From contig JAPLEI010000078.1 of the NCBI GenBank assembly GCA_026391195.1, positions 28,658 to 92,657 on the forward strand: a stretch of DNA of 64,000 nt. The letters run 5' to 3'. Below the pieces are notes generated by a model. It was not told the DNA's origin, ran no database searches, and worked only from the letters and a program-made list of their open reading frames with translations. This document shows, piece after piece, positions 1 to 9,122 of this stretch. The stretch's first letter is position 1. Each line of letters begins with the position of its first letter. The translations under genes were made by a program, and so were the position numbers. This DNA is from Bacteroidota bacterium. Its GTDB lineage: Bacteria; Bacteroidota; Bacteroidia; Chitinophagales; Chitinophagaceae.

Positions 1-201
1 GAGTGGCATGGTTACGCATGAAGTTGGCGATCGCTTTATGCTGGCTATCTTAGCCGCCAGTGCTTCTTATATAGCCGTGCCTGCTGCCATGAAAATTGCT
101 GCAATCCAGGTTTGTATATCCCTATGGCACTTGCCGTTACTTTCCCGTTTAATGTTACTATTGGAATGCCCTTGTATTACTGGCTGGTTACCATTACCTG
201 A
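1..201 (+). pseudogene. 3' end of a polytopic membrane permease (resembles the DUF897/SbtA-like sodium-dependent bicarbonate-transporter family). The gene runs off the left edge and has an apparent 1-nt frameshift near 101-105.
   Basis: Frame 2 reads ...FMLAILAASASYIAVPAAMKIAA and then degenerates (IQVCISLWHLPLLSRL...). Frame 1 from position 103 reads NPGLYIPMALAVTFPFNVTIGMPLYYWLVTIT with a stop at 199-201, which is a clean TM-like tail. The family call rests on my memory of the ASASYIAxPAA motif. Confidence 0.4.
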
Positions 202-213
202 TAGCATTACCGG

Positions 214-528
214 TTAGGCTTGTTGTAGATTCGATTGAATAATGGATTGTAGGGTATGCAAAGGAACTACCCCACTTTGTCTCCAGATTGGCATACCATT
301 TTTGTATAAGATAAGGGTAGGAACTCCGCTCACCTGTAATTCGGAAGCCAGTGCATTATTTTGGTCCACATCAATTTTTATTATTCGAATTGCCTCTCCC
401 ATATTTGCCCGTAGCTGTTCTAAAATAGGGGCCATCGTTTTACAGGGCCCACACCAGCTGGCAGTAAAATCTACCAGCACCGGTTTGGGGCCGTTGATTA
501 CGGATCGAAAAGTTTCTTTTTCTGCCAT
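214..528 (-). CDS. trxA: thioredoxin
   Basis: 104-aa ORF with the canonical WCGPC active site (DFTASWCGPCKTMAP) and the length of a thioredoxin fold. Confidence 0.9.
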   Translation of the reverse strand: MAEKETFRSVINGPKPVLVDFTASWCGPCKTMAPILEQLRANMGEAIRIIKIDVDQNNALASELQVSGVPTLILYKNGMPIWRQSGVVPLHTLQSIIQSNLQQA

Positions 529-737
529 AATTATAAAGAATTTGTTTGGTCGAGCTGATTATTGTTGGGGCCATACTCCTGAGTACCATAAAAACAAGTA
601 TTCGGTAAATCGAGTTTGCTAAATTAACTAATCCCTTGCTTTAGTAGCAAAGTTAGATAAGTTAATCGTTCATTTTATTACACAATCCTAGTCAAGTAGT
701 ACCTTCACACCTGTTTTTAAAAAATAGCATATTTGAA

Positions 738-1034
738 ATGCAAAAATCAATAGCTGATTATGTTCGATCCGGAGAAGGCAGTTTGTTAGATGTGCGAACA
801 ATGGTAGAGTTTCAGTCAGCACATTTGCCACGGGCTATCCATATTCCATTGGATGAAGTGCCATCAAAAATTGATATAATAGCATCGTTGCCTCGGCCTA
901 TTATTTTGTATTGCCATAGTGGCAATCGCAGCGGGATAGCTGCTGACTATCTTCAACAACATGGTGTGGAGCAAGTGTTTAACGGGGGCGGTATTTTTCA
1001 GTTGATGCCTCTTATTCACCCTTCAACCGAATAA
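738..1034 (+). CDS. single-domain rhodanese-like sulfurtransferase
   Basis: 98-aa ORF with the rhodanese active-site loop CHSGNRS. It lies divergent from the thioredoxin gene. Confidence 0.8.
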   Translation: MQKSIADYVRSGEGSLLDVRTMVEFQSAHLPRAIHIPLDEVPSKIDIIASLPRPIILYCHSGNRSGIAADYLQQHGVEQVFNGGGIFQLMPLIHPSTE

Positions 1035-1063
1035 CCCGCTTGAATGTCGCCTGTTTTACCAAA

Positions 1064-3082
1064 TTATTTTTTGTAACTAATGCCCTCGTTGAATCGAAAT
1101 AACGCATATCCTTTTTTCTCTTCATTACCCGGCACATCCGAAAGTTGTGTGGCTGCTGCCTCCTCTGAAATTGGCGTAGTAAAAGGCATTTTACCGGAAG
1201 GGTTAAAACGACCGGTAATTACATCTAACAGCGCATCTTGGGTTGTTCCAAATGTTGCCAGTACCGATTGAATATTTTTTTGGGTTTGTGCATTGTATAT
1301 TTCATCAATTACCCAAGGGTTGGTATAGTTAATTACCAGAGTAGTTGGCTTTTTGGCAATTAGGGTATTAACATATTTTACATCTACTGAATTTTTCGAT
1401 AGCGAGAGATAAAGTGGACTGCCATCTGAATCGAACAGCGATTTTGAGCCTGGTGTAATCCACAGAATAATATGATCGGCTTCTTCGGGGGTGTTTACAA
1501 AAGTAACGGGGTAAGTACCGCTCGCATCTTTATAAACGGTGCTGGCAGATCCCCCTCTTTTTTGGAAGTACGATTCAAAGTATATTTTTGTTGGCTTATT
1601 CAGTGGCAGAATCTGCTGTTCATTTTTGAGCAGTACAATCGACTTGCGCATAGCAAGGTTGGCCCTCGCTTGAAATTGAGGGTTCCCTACAATTTTTTCG
1701 GCTGCATCTTCATTCACGTAGGGGTTTTCGAATAGTCCCAGTTGAAACTTTTCAATCATCAAACGTTTCACCGATTCATTAATCAGGGATTCATTCACCA
1801 TACCTTTTTTTACAGTTTCGAGTAGTTGGGTAGGGTCGGCAGTTCCGGAATACAAATTGATGCCTGCTTCCAGCGTTTTTTTGTATCGCTCCTGGATGCT
1901 TAGGTTTTCGGCACCCCAGGGCATCATTTCAATAGGGCCGGTATCGGAATTGATGATGCCTTTAAAGCCCAGACTATCCCTTAATAAATCATGAATCACG
2001 GCTTTGTTATACGCGTAGGCAATTTGTTCGTAGCGGGTATCTTTCGGAATAGAGTAATAAGGCATGATAGCCGATGTTCCTGCTTTGATGGCTGCCTTAA
2101 ACGGAATGAGGTTGTTTTGAAAACGCCCACCAGGAAAGTGTTCAAACTTGCCCCAGTCGAAATGCGGGTCTTGTCCGCCCACCCCGGCTCCACCTCCCGG
2201 AAAGTGTTTGGTGGTAAGGGCTACGGAGGAAGAAGAAAGGCGGGGTCCCTGAAATCCTAGTACCACTTCAGTAATCATGCTGGCAACCCAATTCGCGTCT
2301 TCACCAAAAGTACCTTCTATTCTTTGCCAGCGGGGTTCGGTGCTGAGGTCGGCCATGTACATATACCCTTTCCGCAAGCCAACGGCAGCCCATTCTTGTC
2401 GGGCGATATCGGCAAATTCTCTTACGAGCTTTAAATCGCGCATAGCAGATAACCCGAGTTCACCCGGCCAGGTAGAAAAAGTGGTTTTGCCTACACTCAA
2501 ACCAATGGAAGCATCTTTGGTTATGTGATTACGTGGGTTAGATGCGATAATAGCGGGTATTCCCAGCGGCTCGCTTTCACAGAGAGCTTGTAATTTATTC
2601 GCCCACTCGGCTGTAATTCGGGCACTCACATTGGCGCGCATAATAAAATGTCGCAGATGAAATTGGCGGATACCCTTGGTGCTACCTGCTGCCATCATAT
2701 TGGGGGGGAGTGGTTTTCGGGTAAACATATTGATGCTCTGCACCAGATCTTCCTCATTAAAATCACTGGTGATGGGCTCTTTGTTTTTAGGACCTTCAAA
2801 CGACCAATCATTTTTTAAACGGGCCGAACTAATCAGCATAAAGCCAACTTTTTCTTCCAGCGACATCTGTGTTAATAAATTCGCCGCTCTTGTATCCGCC
2901 GGCAGGCGCCAATCTTCGTAGGGATCTAGTTGTCCGTTTTTATTTAAATCCTTAAACTGCTTTCCTTGGATGGTTAACAATTTTGCAGCCCGATACCCCA
3001 ATATTGGCTGTTGGGCATTTAGAGAAACTGCACTCAATAAAAGCGCAAGTGGTAAACAGCAAATTCGGCCTAGCGTATTCAT
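1064..3082 (-). CDS. glycoside hydrolase family 3 (beta-glucosidase-like), secreted
   Basis: 672 aa with an N-terminal signal peptide. It carries the GH3 motifs KHFPGGG and GFKGIINSDTG (SD nucleophile region). Confidence 0.85.
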   Translation of the reverse strand: MNTLGRICCLPLALLLSAVSLNAQQPILGYRAAKLLTIQGKQFKDLNKNGQLDPYEDWRLPADTRAANLLTQMSLEEKVGFMLISSARLKNDWSFEGPKNKEPITSDFNEEDLVQSINMFTRKPLPPNMMAAGSTKGIRQFHLRHFIMRANVSARITAEWANKLQALCESEPLGIPAIIASNPRNHITKDASIGLSVGKTTFSTWPGELGLSAMRDLKLVREFADIARQEWAAVGLRKGYMYMADLSTEPRWQRIEGTFGEDANWVASMITEVVLGFQGPRLSSSSVALTTKHFPGGGAGVGGQDPHFDWGKFEHFPGGRFQNNLIPFKAAIKAGTSAIMPYYSIPKDTRYEQIAYAYNKAVIHDLLRDSLGFKGIINSDTGPIEMMPWGAENLSIQERYKKTLEAGINLYSGTADPTQLLETVKKGMVNESLINESVKRLMIEKFQLGLFENPYVNEDAAEKIVGNPQFQARANLAMRKSIVLLKNEQQILPLNKPTKIYFESYFQKRGGSASTVYKDASGTYPVTFVNTPEEADHIILWITPGSKSLFDSDGSPLYLSLSKNSVDVKYVNTLIAKKPTTLVINYTNPWVIDEIYNAQTQKNIQSVLATFGTTQDALLDVITGRFNPSGKMPFTTPISEEAAATQLSDVPGNEEKKGYALFRFNEGISYKK

Positions 3083-3213
3083 AATAAAGTAAATGGGTGC
3101 ACTTAAAGCTATTCAGTTTTCCGATTCGGCAAGTTCAATAAATGCGAAAACGATTTCGGGTAGGAGGTACTAAATTATTATAATAAATAACATGGATACA
3201 ATCGGGTAGGGGC

Positions 3214-3238
3214 AAAAAAAAGTCACTCAAAAGTGACT
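3214..3238 (-). terminator. candidate Rho-independent terminator
   Basis: On the minus strand the sequence is AGTCACT-TTTG-AGTGACT followed by seven T. This is a 7-bp stem, a 4-nt loop and a U-tract. Confidence 0.5.
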
Positions 3239-3267
3239 GCAGCTAGAATCAATAAACGGCAAAGCGA

Positions 3268-3348
3268 CTATTCAAATTCCAGTTCGTTCATGTTGTACTC
3301 CCAGCTAAAAATCAGCTCGGAAGTAGCTTGTTTTTTGTTAATTGTCAT
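3268..3348 (-). CDS. candidate 26-aa small ORF (MTINKKQATSELIFSWEYNMNELEFE)
   Basis: It has an ATG start and a TAG stop, and ends about 30 nt upstream of the terminator hairpin at 3214-3238. It is the only ATG-initiated ORF over 12 codons on this strand between 3240 and 3609. I recognise no similarity. Confidence 0.2.
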   Translation of the reverse strand: MTINKKQATSELIFSWEYNMNELEFE

Positions 3349-3609
3349 TGGTATATTTTTTAATTGTTTTTATTTGATTTCAGTACAATACCTACTTACT
3401 ATTATTACAAATAAGATGCCAAAACAGTGTGCTTCGCTGCCTTGATTTCAGAATTGGGATGAACGGTAATTGACAAAATCAATTGTTTAGCTTTTAAAAA
3501 CAAAAGATTCAACAAAATGTTGCATAAAAAGAAAAGTTTTTTCTAAAAACGGCAAAATATTGCAAAAACGACCCAAAAATTAGTATAAAATCGCAAAATA
3601 TGGCATAAA

Positions 3610-4437
3610 TCAGCGTTTGATAATAACAAACTCTACCCTTCTGTTCGTTTCCCGATCTTTATCGGTTAGTTCTTCGGCAATAATTTTTTTACTGGCGCCC
3701 ATGCCTGTATAGGATAGGCGGTTGCTGCTGATTCCGTTATTGATCAGGAACAGGTAAATTTCACGGGCCCGGTTGCGGGAGAGCACTTTTTCGCCAGTGT
3801 CGATATCCAGTCCATCTTCAGTTATTTCGGAACAGCAGATATGGCCCCTGATTTCAACCTGTAGGGTGGGATTATTTTTCAGCACTTCCAACACTTCATT
3901 CAGCGTTGGCAGAGAAGTGGGTAAGAGGATATGTCGTCCTCCTTCGAAGTTGAGGTTATTGAGAATGATGTTGGCTTTCCCTTCTTTGATTTGTTCCTGC
4001 AATGCTTTCACGGGAGGAGCTTGAACAGCTGCCTGAATTATTCCTGAAATATCAACCACCCGATTCAGTTGGAAACGGGAATTGGCATTTGATTCCTGCT
4101 CGGCTATGGGATTTCTTTTTCCTAATGCTGTTCTTTTGATGATTTGAGCAGGCGCAAAGCCAAGATCCAGTAAATACTTTTCAACCGCCACTACTCTGCG
4201 GGCAGAAAGGGAATCGTTGTATACGTAATTGCCTCGCTCATCGGTTCTGCCGGTAAGGGTAATGTTGGAAATGCTTTTATAATCGGCTGCTAATTTTTGC
4301 AACGTGGCGGCGGAAGCTGGGGTAATAGCGGACTGATCAAAATCGAAATAGATTTTTCCAAGTAGGCTATCTGTTTGTGCATGTGAACCGAGGGCAACTA
4401 TACAGCATAGCGCAAAGGCCAGTGTTCTTGCTAACAT
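3610..4437 (-). CDS. OmpA-family protein with two OmpA-like peptidoglycan-binding domains
   Basis: Signal peptide present. The first domain reads TGRTDERGNYVYNDSLSARRVVAVEKYL. The second reads LSRNRAREIYLFLINNGISSNRLSYTGMG...NRRVEFVI. Confidence 0.8.
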   Translation of the reverse strand: MLARTLAFALCCIVALGSHAQTDSLLGKIYFDFDQSAITPASAATLQKLAADYKSISNITLTGRTDERGNYVYNDSLSARRVVAVEKYLLDLGFAPAQIIKRTALGKRNPIAEQESNANSRFQLNRVVDISGIIQAAVQAPPVKALQEQIKEGKANIILNNLNFEGGRHILLPTSLPTLNEVLEVLKNNPTLQVEIRGHICCSEITEDGLDIDTGEKVLSRNRAREIYLFLINNGISSNRLSYTGMGASKKIIAEELTDKDRETNRRVEFVIIKR

Positions 4438-4484
4438 AGGTAGGATTTATATTCGTAAAGATAGGCGCCCCGGGGGGTTAATTA

Positions 4485-5468
4485 TTACCAGGGGGAAAGT
4501 CCTAACAATTTTTTACCTAAATCATTCAATTCAGCGGTTGCATAGCGTGTTAGTTCCCAATTTCGGGGATCGCCGGGGAAGGCATATCCTTCGGGGGCGA
4601 TGCGGTTTTGCCAGGATTGTATTCTCCACTGTTTGAGTGCCTCATTATCTTCTTCGGCAGGCATCATGGATAAATATTGTGCGATGCGTACTTTATCCTT
4701 ACTCAGATTCGGACGAATACCATGGGGTTCGAGGCTGTTGAAAATAAGCAGGTCACCTGCTTCGAGGGGTACTTTCACCAAATCAAATCCGCTTACATCA
4801 GGCATAAAATGATTTCGGTCGGCCGGTTGGGTAAGTTTCCAGGTGTCGAAGGTTCTGTATAATTCTGGTACACATTGAAATCCGCCCATATTTTCATCAG
4901 TTTGGTCGGCAAGCGCCAATACTCCCTGAACATTTACCGGTTTGGTTTCCGGATCATAATCCCAATGAATAAACCCCTTGTACTCAAATCCCGGCTGAAT
5001 GGGGAAATTCAGGTTGGCACGGTCGATGCTTACCCATAATTTTTCCGTACCCCAGATATCTACAAATGCGTCGTACACTCTTTGTACCTGACGATTATTC
5101 CAAAGATGCTGGTGATTATATACTTCTACCATTCCGGTATTGGCCAGCTCCTTCATTTTCATTTCGGCACGCGGGGCTGTATACCAAGTGGCAGGATTTG
5201 CCGGATCTTTCTCTTCAAAATCCCATAAAAATGCAGCAGTAGCAGCAGCCTGTTCTTTAGAAACAGCCTGTTTGATTACCACATATCCATTGTGCTTCCA
5301 AAAATGCCAATCATCTTCGCTTAATACCCGCAGTGGTTTTCCATTACTTCGGTCGTTCAGCTGAATCGCACTGCTTTTGGCGGTAGAGGGATTGCCGGGA
5401 ATATCTTTATGCGCATTGTTTGGGGCCATGGTGGGAACCATCGTAGGCACCATTGTTTTCTGTTCCAT
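4485..5468 (-). CDS. Fe(II)/2-oxoglutarate dioxygenase, phytanoyl-CoA dioxygenase (PhyH) family
   Basis: 327 aa with no signal peptide. It has an HxD triad element (IHWDYD) and a distal His (LEPHGIRPN). The overall PhyH-like layout is recognised from memory. Confidence 0.6.
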   Translation of the reverse strand: MEQKTMVPTMVPTMAPNNAHKDIPGNPSTAKSSAIQLNDRSNGKPLRVLSEDDWHFWKHNGYVVIKQAVSKEQAAATAAFLWDFEEKDPANPATWYTAPRAEMKMKELANTGMVEVYNHQHLWNNRQVQRVYDAFVDIWGTEKLWVSIDRANLNFPIQPGFEYKGFIHWDYDPETKPVNVQGVLALADQTDENMGGFQCVPELYRTFDTWKLTQPADRNHFMPDVSGFDLVKVPLEAGDLLIFNSLEPHGIRPNLSKDKVRIAQYLSMMPAEEDNEALKQWRIQSWQNRIAPEGYAFPGDPRNWELTRYATAELNDLGKKLLGLSPW

Positions 5469-5486
5469 GTTGCCGGATTTATTTAA

Positions 5487-6722
5487 TTATTTAATTAGAT
5501 TTTGTAGCGTTTCTCGAATAATATTCATGGTTTGGGGACCCACACTCATGCTGGTGAGGTACTGACTATGTGGAATGGTATTGCCGGTTTCAAAAAAACT
5601 CGGCTTCAGAATATAACCCAGTGCATCCTGTGAAAGACCCAGAATCATTTTTGGTCCGGTGTTTTTCATCAGTCCGCGCGTACTTAAGCTGAGGGCTGGA
5701 GAGGTTTCTCCGGGATGAGTGGCCATGGCGGCATTGCCGATAGCCGCATACGCAATTTCAGAATCTACACTGTCGCTAAAAACTCTTTTAACTACGCCTG
5801 CTTGGGATAGTTGCTGAAAGCCTTGATTCTGCAAAGGAAATTTTACCAACTGCCGGCGAAACGCCAATTGACTATTACTAAGGGTTTGCGGTTGTTTTAA
5901 TCTGCTTATCACATAGGCCCCTAACCTTTCGCCTATTTTCATTGCTTGCGCGTAGCTTTTAGGTACGTCTTCGGGCTGCACCCATCCGCCGATGGCTCCC
6001 TGTAAAAATAAATGGATACCACCCTGGGCCGAGTCGGCATATTTATAATAACCACCCACATAATCGGCACTTGCGCCGGCAGCCACATCATCCAGAATTG
6101 TGGGGTGACAGGCAAAGTTTACCAGCGTTACTATGTTTTTATTCTGTGCATCTTTAAATTGAAGAATGGTAAGGGTTCTGTCGAGCAAGCCCGGTTCGGA
6201 AATGTTTTTTACCCAATCTTCCCCAAAACTGCCTACTGCGTATCGTCCAATACCAGAGCGGCGGTTATTCCAGGCTTTTTGCAAAGCAACCACGGCCTGA
6301 TTTACTATTTTTTTCATGTGGGCTTCATTTACGCCACTGTGCATCAGGTCCTTCCCCCATAATCCTACCACATCCGGACCAGAGTGGGTATGGGTAGATG
6401 ATAGGATAATTTGTTGAGAAGGAAAACCCGGAATTGCTTTGGCCACTTTCTCGCGAATTTCTTGCAGCTGCGGATACATCAACCCAATACAATCAAAGGT
6501 TAGGATGCCAATGCTGGTTTGGTTATTACTGATAATTACCGCCTTCACATATAAATTATCGGCAACCTCAATAAATTTGCGGTTGTTTTTTCCGCCTGCG
6601 AAATACAGGCTATCGCTATCGGGATTAATGTTTTCTTGTGCAGCTCCCACCCGAAAGGTTTGGGCATTCGTTTGGAATGTTAGCACGGCGGCAAGTACAG
6701 CCAGGAGGAGGCTTTTTTTCAT
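5487..6722 (-). CDS. neutral/alkaline ceramidase N-terminal-domain-like secreted hydrolase
   Basis: 411 aa with a signal peptide. It has the STHTHSGPD motif typical of the neutral ceramidase N-terminal domain. It ends 18 nt upstream of the PhyH gene. Confidence 0.55.
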   Translation of the reverse strand: MKKSLLLAVLAAVLTFQTNAQTFRVGAAQENINPDSDSLYFAGGKNNRKFIEVADNLYVKAVIISNNQTSIGILTFDCIGLMYPQLQEIREKVAKAIPGFPSQQIILSSTHTHSGPDVVGLWGKDLMHSGVNEAHMKKIVNQAVVALQKAWNNRRSGIGRYAVGSFGEDWVKNISEPGLLDRTLTILQFKDAQNKNIVTLVNFACHPTILDDVAAGASADYVGGYYKYADSAQGGIHLFLQGAIGGWVQPEDVPKSYAQAMKIGERLGAYVISRLKQPQTLSNSQLAFRRQLVKFPLQNQGFQQLSQAGVVKRVFSDSVDSEIAYAAIGNAAMATHPGETSPALSLSTRGLMKNTGPKMILGLSQDALGYILKPSFFETGNTIPHSQYLTSMSVGPQTMNIIRETLQNLIK

Positions 6723-6819
6723 GAAATACGGCTTAATTCACCTAAAAATTACAGAGATATTCTCATCCCGACAATAAAATTTGCACTTCTTCATTATCTT
6801 ACTGCCCAAAATCAATCAC

Positions 6820-8343
6820 ATGGCTGATAAAAGCAAATTACTAGAACTTGTTCAGGCGGGATACAGTTTCAAAGGAGAACACGTAAAAATTGGCCGTGCG
6901 ATGTTCGAAGGGGAAGTGGTGCCAGATGCCGATATCTTTCTGCCTTTGAAAACCTTAAATCGGCATGGACTGATAGCTGGGGCAACGGGAACGGGTAAAA
7001 CCAAAACCTTGCAGATGATCAGTGAGTGTCTGAGTGATAACAGTATTCCGGTATTATTGATGGATATCAAAGGCGACTTGAGCGGTATTGCTGCGGCAGG
7101 CGCTGCGAACGACAAAATCACGTCGCGCTATCAACTGCTGGGGATGGAGTATAAACCTGCTGCCTATCCAGTTGATTTGATGACGCTGAGTAATGAAAAG
7201 GGCATCCGTATGCGCGCTACGGTAAGCGAATTTGGTCCGGTGTTACTGAGCAAAATTTTGGGATTGAATGATGTGCAGGGCGGATTGGTTGCGCTGATTT
7301 TTAAGTATTGCGATGATAACCAAATGCCACTGCTCGATTTAAAAGATTTTATCAAAGTATTACAATATATAGGCGATGAAGGGAAGCAGGAAATAGAGAA
7401 AACCTATGGCAAAATTTCTACTACTTCAACGGGAACTATTTTACGTAAAGTGATAGAGCTGCAACAGCAGGGTGCTGATCGTTTCTTTGGTGAAAAAAGT
7501 TTTGAGGTGGATGATTTGCTTCGGATTAGTAACGATGGTAGAGGGATGGTGCATGTATTGCGCGTAACGGATATGCAAGACCGACCTAAGTTGTTTTCAA
7601 CTTTCATGTTGCAATTACTGGCCGAGTTATATGCTACCTTACCGGAAGAGGGCGATTTAGATAAACCCAAACTGGTAATGTTTATTGATGAAGCGCATTT
7701 GATATTTAATGAAGCCAGTAGTGCTTTGTTGCAGCAATTAGAAACGGTTATTAAATTGATTCGCTCCAAAGGGGTTGGTATATTTTTCTGCACCCAAAAC
7801 CCGCAGGATATTCCTGCTCCTATTTTGAGTCAGCTGGGCTTAAAAATTCAACATGCTTTGCGGGCATTTACAGCGGCAGACCGAAAAACCATTAAGCAGG
7901 CAGCCGAAAATTTTCCAATTACGGAGTTTTATAAAACGGATGAATTGTTAACGCAGCTGGGTATCGGGGAGGCCTTGGTTACCTTGTTGAATGAAAAGGG
8001 TATTCCCACGCCGTTGGTGCATACCATGCTTTGTTCTCCGCGCAGCCGAATGGATATTTTGTTGGATACCGAAATAGATCATTTGGTAGCCAATAGTAAG
8101 CTGGCGGCTAAATATGCCAAGGAGATAGACAGCGATAGCGCCTATGAAATGTTAACCCGCAAATTAGAGCAGGCTGCTGCCGAGGCGCCACCTGAAGCAG
8201 AAAAGCCCGCAGGCCGCACGGCAAAAGAGCCTTCCTTCTTTGATAATCCGGTGGTGAAGCAGGTGGGAAGAACTGCTGCCAGTGTTATTACCAGAAGTTT
8301 ACTGGGTGCTTTGGGGTTAACGGGCCGTTCTAGAAAAAGATAA
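6820..8343 (+). CDS. DUF853 / HerA-like P-loop ATPase (YjgR family)
   Basis: Walker A motif GATGTGKTKT and Walker B-like motif LVMFIDEAHL. The protein is about 507 aa from the ATG at 6820; the TTG at 6781 in the ORF track adds an implausible leader. Confidence 0.8.
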   Translation: MADKSKLLELVQAGYSFKGEHVKIGRAMFEGEVVPDADIFLPLKTLNRHGLIAGATGTGKTKTLQMISECLSDNSIPVLLMDIKGDLSGIAAAGAANDKITSRYQLLGMEYKPAAYPVDLMTLSNEKGIRMRATVSEFGPVLLSKILGLNDVQGGLVALIFKYCDDNQMPLLDLKDFIKVLQYIGDEGKQEIEKTYGKISTTSTGTILRKVIELQQQGADRFFGEKSFEVDDLLRISNDGRGMVHVLRVTDMQDRPKLFSTFMLQLLAELYATLPEEGDLDKPKLVMFIDEAHLIFNEASSALLQQLETVIKLIRSKGVGIFFCTQNPQDIPAPILSQLGLKIQHALRAFTAADRKTIKQAAENFPITEFYKTDELLTQLGIGEALVTLLNEKGIPTPLVHTMLCSPRSRMDILLDTEIDHLVANSKLAAKYAKEIDSDSAYEMLTRKLEQAAAEAPPEAEKPAGRTAKEPSFFDNPVVKQVGRTAASVITRSLLGALGLTGRSRKR

Positions 8344-8399
8344 TCTTTCCGGCTTTTATACATTGAATATTAGGTTTGTTTGTTGGTAATCGAACTCTT

Positions 8400-9104
8400 A
8401 TGAAATCTGCATTGGCTGTTTTGTTGGTTGGGTTATTATCTGCTGCAAACGCGCACGCACAAAAAATTACCGCCCATCGCCTGCATCAACTAACGGTGCA
8501 AGAACATCCTGCTTTGTTGGCTACCCAACAGCTTATTATAGTGTGGCAACGCCCGGGTGATTCTTTGCATCAGGCTTGGCTCACTGCTTGGGAAAGAAAG
8601 GGAACCCACTGGAAAAAAATCAGGCATTCGGTTCGGGCTGCGGTGGGTAAAAATGGAATAGCGGCTGTAGGCACTAAAATAGAAGGCGATGGAAAAACGC
8701 CCTCTGGCTGGTATAATTTGGGCCGATTGTTTAGTTATTTGTCCACCGTTCCCACTCAATTGCCGGTAACCCAGCTAACCCAAGCGGATAAATGGATAGA
8801 CGATCCGGCATCACCCGCCTATAATCAATATGTTCGCGGAGAAACAACAGCAGCTTCCTATGAAAATTTACTTTTGAAAAGCGACGACTACAAATATTGC
8901 ATGGTGATTGAATACAACACACAGCCCGTTGTTATAGGAAAAGGCAGTGCCATCTTTTTTCATTTGTCTAACCCTGAGATGGGGCCAACGGCGGGTTGTG
9001 TTGCCATTCCCGAAAAACATATGTTACCCATTTTAGAATGGATGCAGCCCAATCAGCAAAGGGTTATCTGGATATTGAATGGGTCTACTGATTTTAAAAA
9101 GTAG
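8400..9104 (+). CDS. L,D-transpeptidase (YkuD-fold) family protein, secreted
   Basis: Signal peptide starts at the ATG at 8400. The catalytic region reads GSAIFFHLSN...GPTAGCVAI (His...Gly-Cys). Confidence 0.7.
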   Translation: MKSALAVLLVGLLSAANAHAQKITAHRLHQLTVQEHPALLATQQLIIVWQRPGDSLHQAWLTAWERKGTHWKKIRHSVRAAVGKNGIAAVGTKIEGDGKTPSGWYNLGRLFSYLSTVPTQLPVTQLTQADKWIDDPASPAYNQYVRGETTAASYENLLLKSDDYKYCMVIEYNTQPVVIGKGSAIFFHLSNPEMGPTAGCVAIPEKHMLPILEWMQPNQQRVIWILNGSTDFKK

Positions 9105-9122
9105 CAGGTGTAGTAAGTATTG

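Noticed and set aside
242-622. 126-aa ORF antisense to the thioredoxin gene
   Set aside because: It fully overlaps a high-confidence thioredoxin CDS on the opposite strand, and its sequence has no motif and an odd composition.
3233-3445. 70-aa plus-strand ORF
   Set aside because: It starts inside the terminator hairpin and lies in an A+T-rich region with hydrophobic nonsense composition. There is no downstream plus-strand context.
6781-6819. Upstream alternative starts given by the ORF track (also 8376, 10238, 34382, 49333, 51582, 51657, 56359, 27448, 41340, 33118, 16308, 48368)
   Set aside because: In each case a downstream ATG gives a proper signal peptide or a family-typical N-terminus. 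The extension would also overlap the neighbouring gene or add implausible residues.
6820-8343. DUF853/HerA-like ATPase as part of an anti-phage defence system
   Set aside because: It stands alone with no adjacent nuclease, SIR2 or DUF4297 partner. It matches the widespread housekeeping YjgR-type architecture, and its flanking genes are unrelated envelope enzymes.
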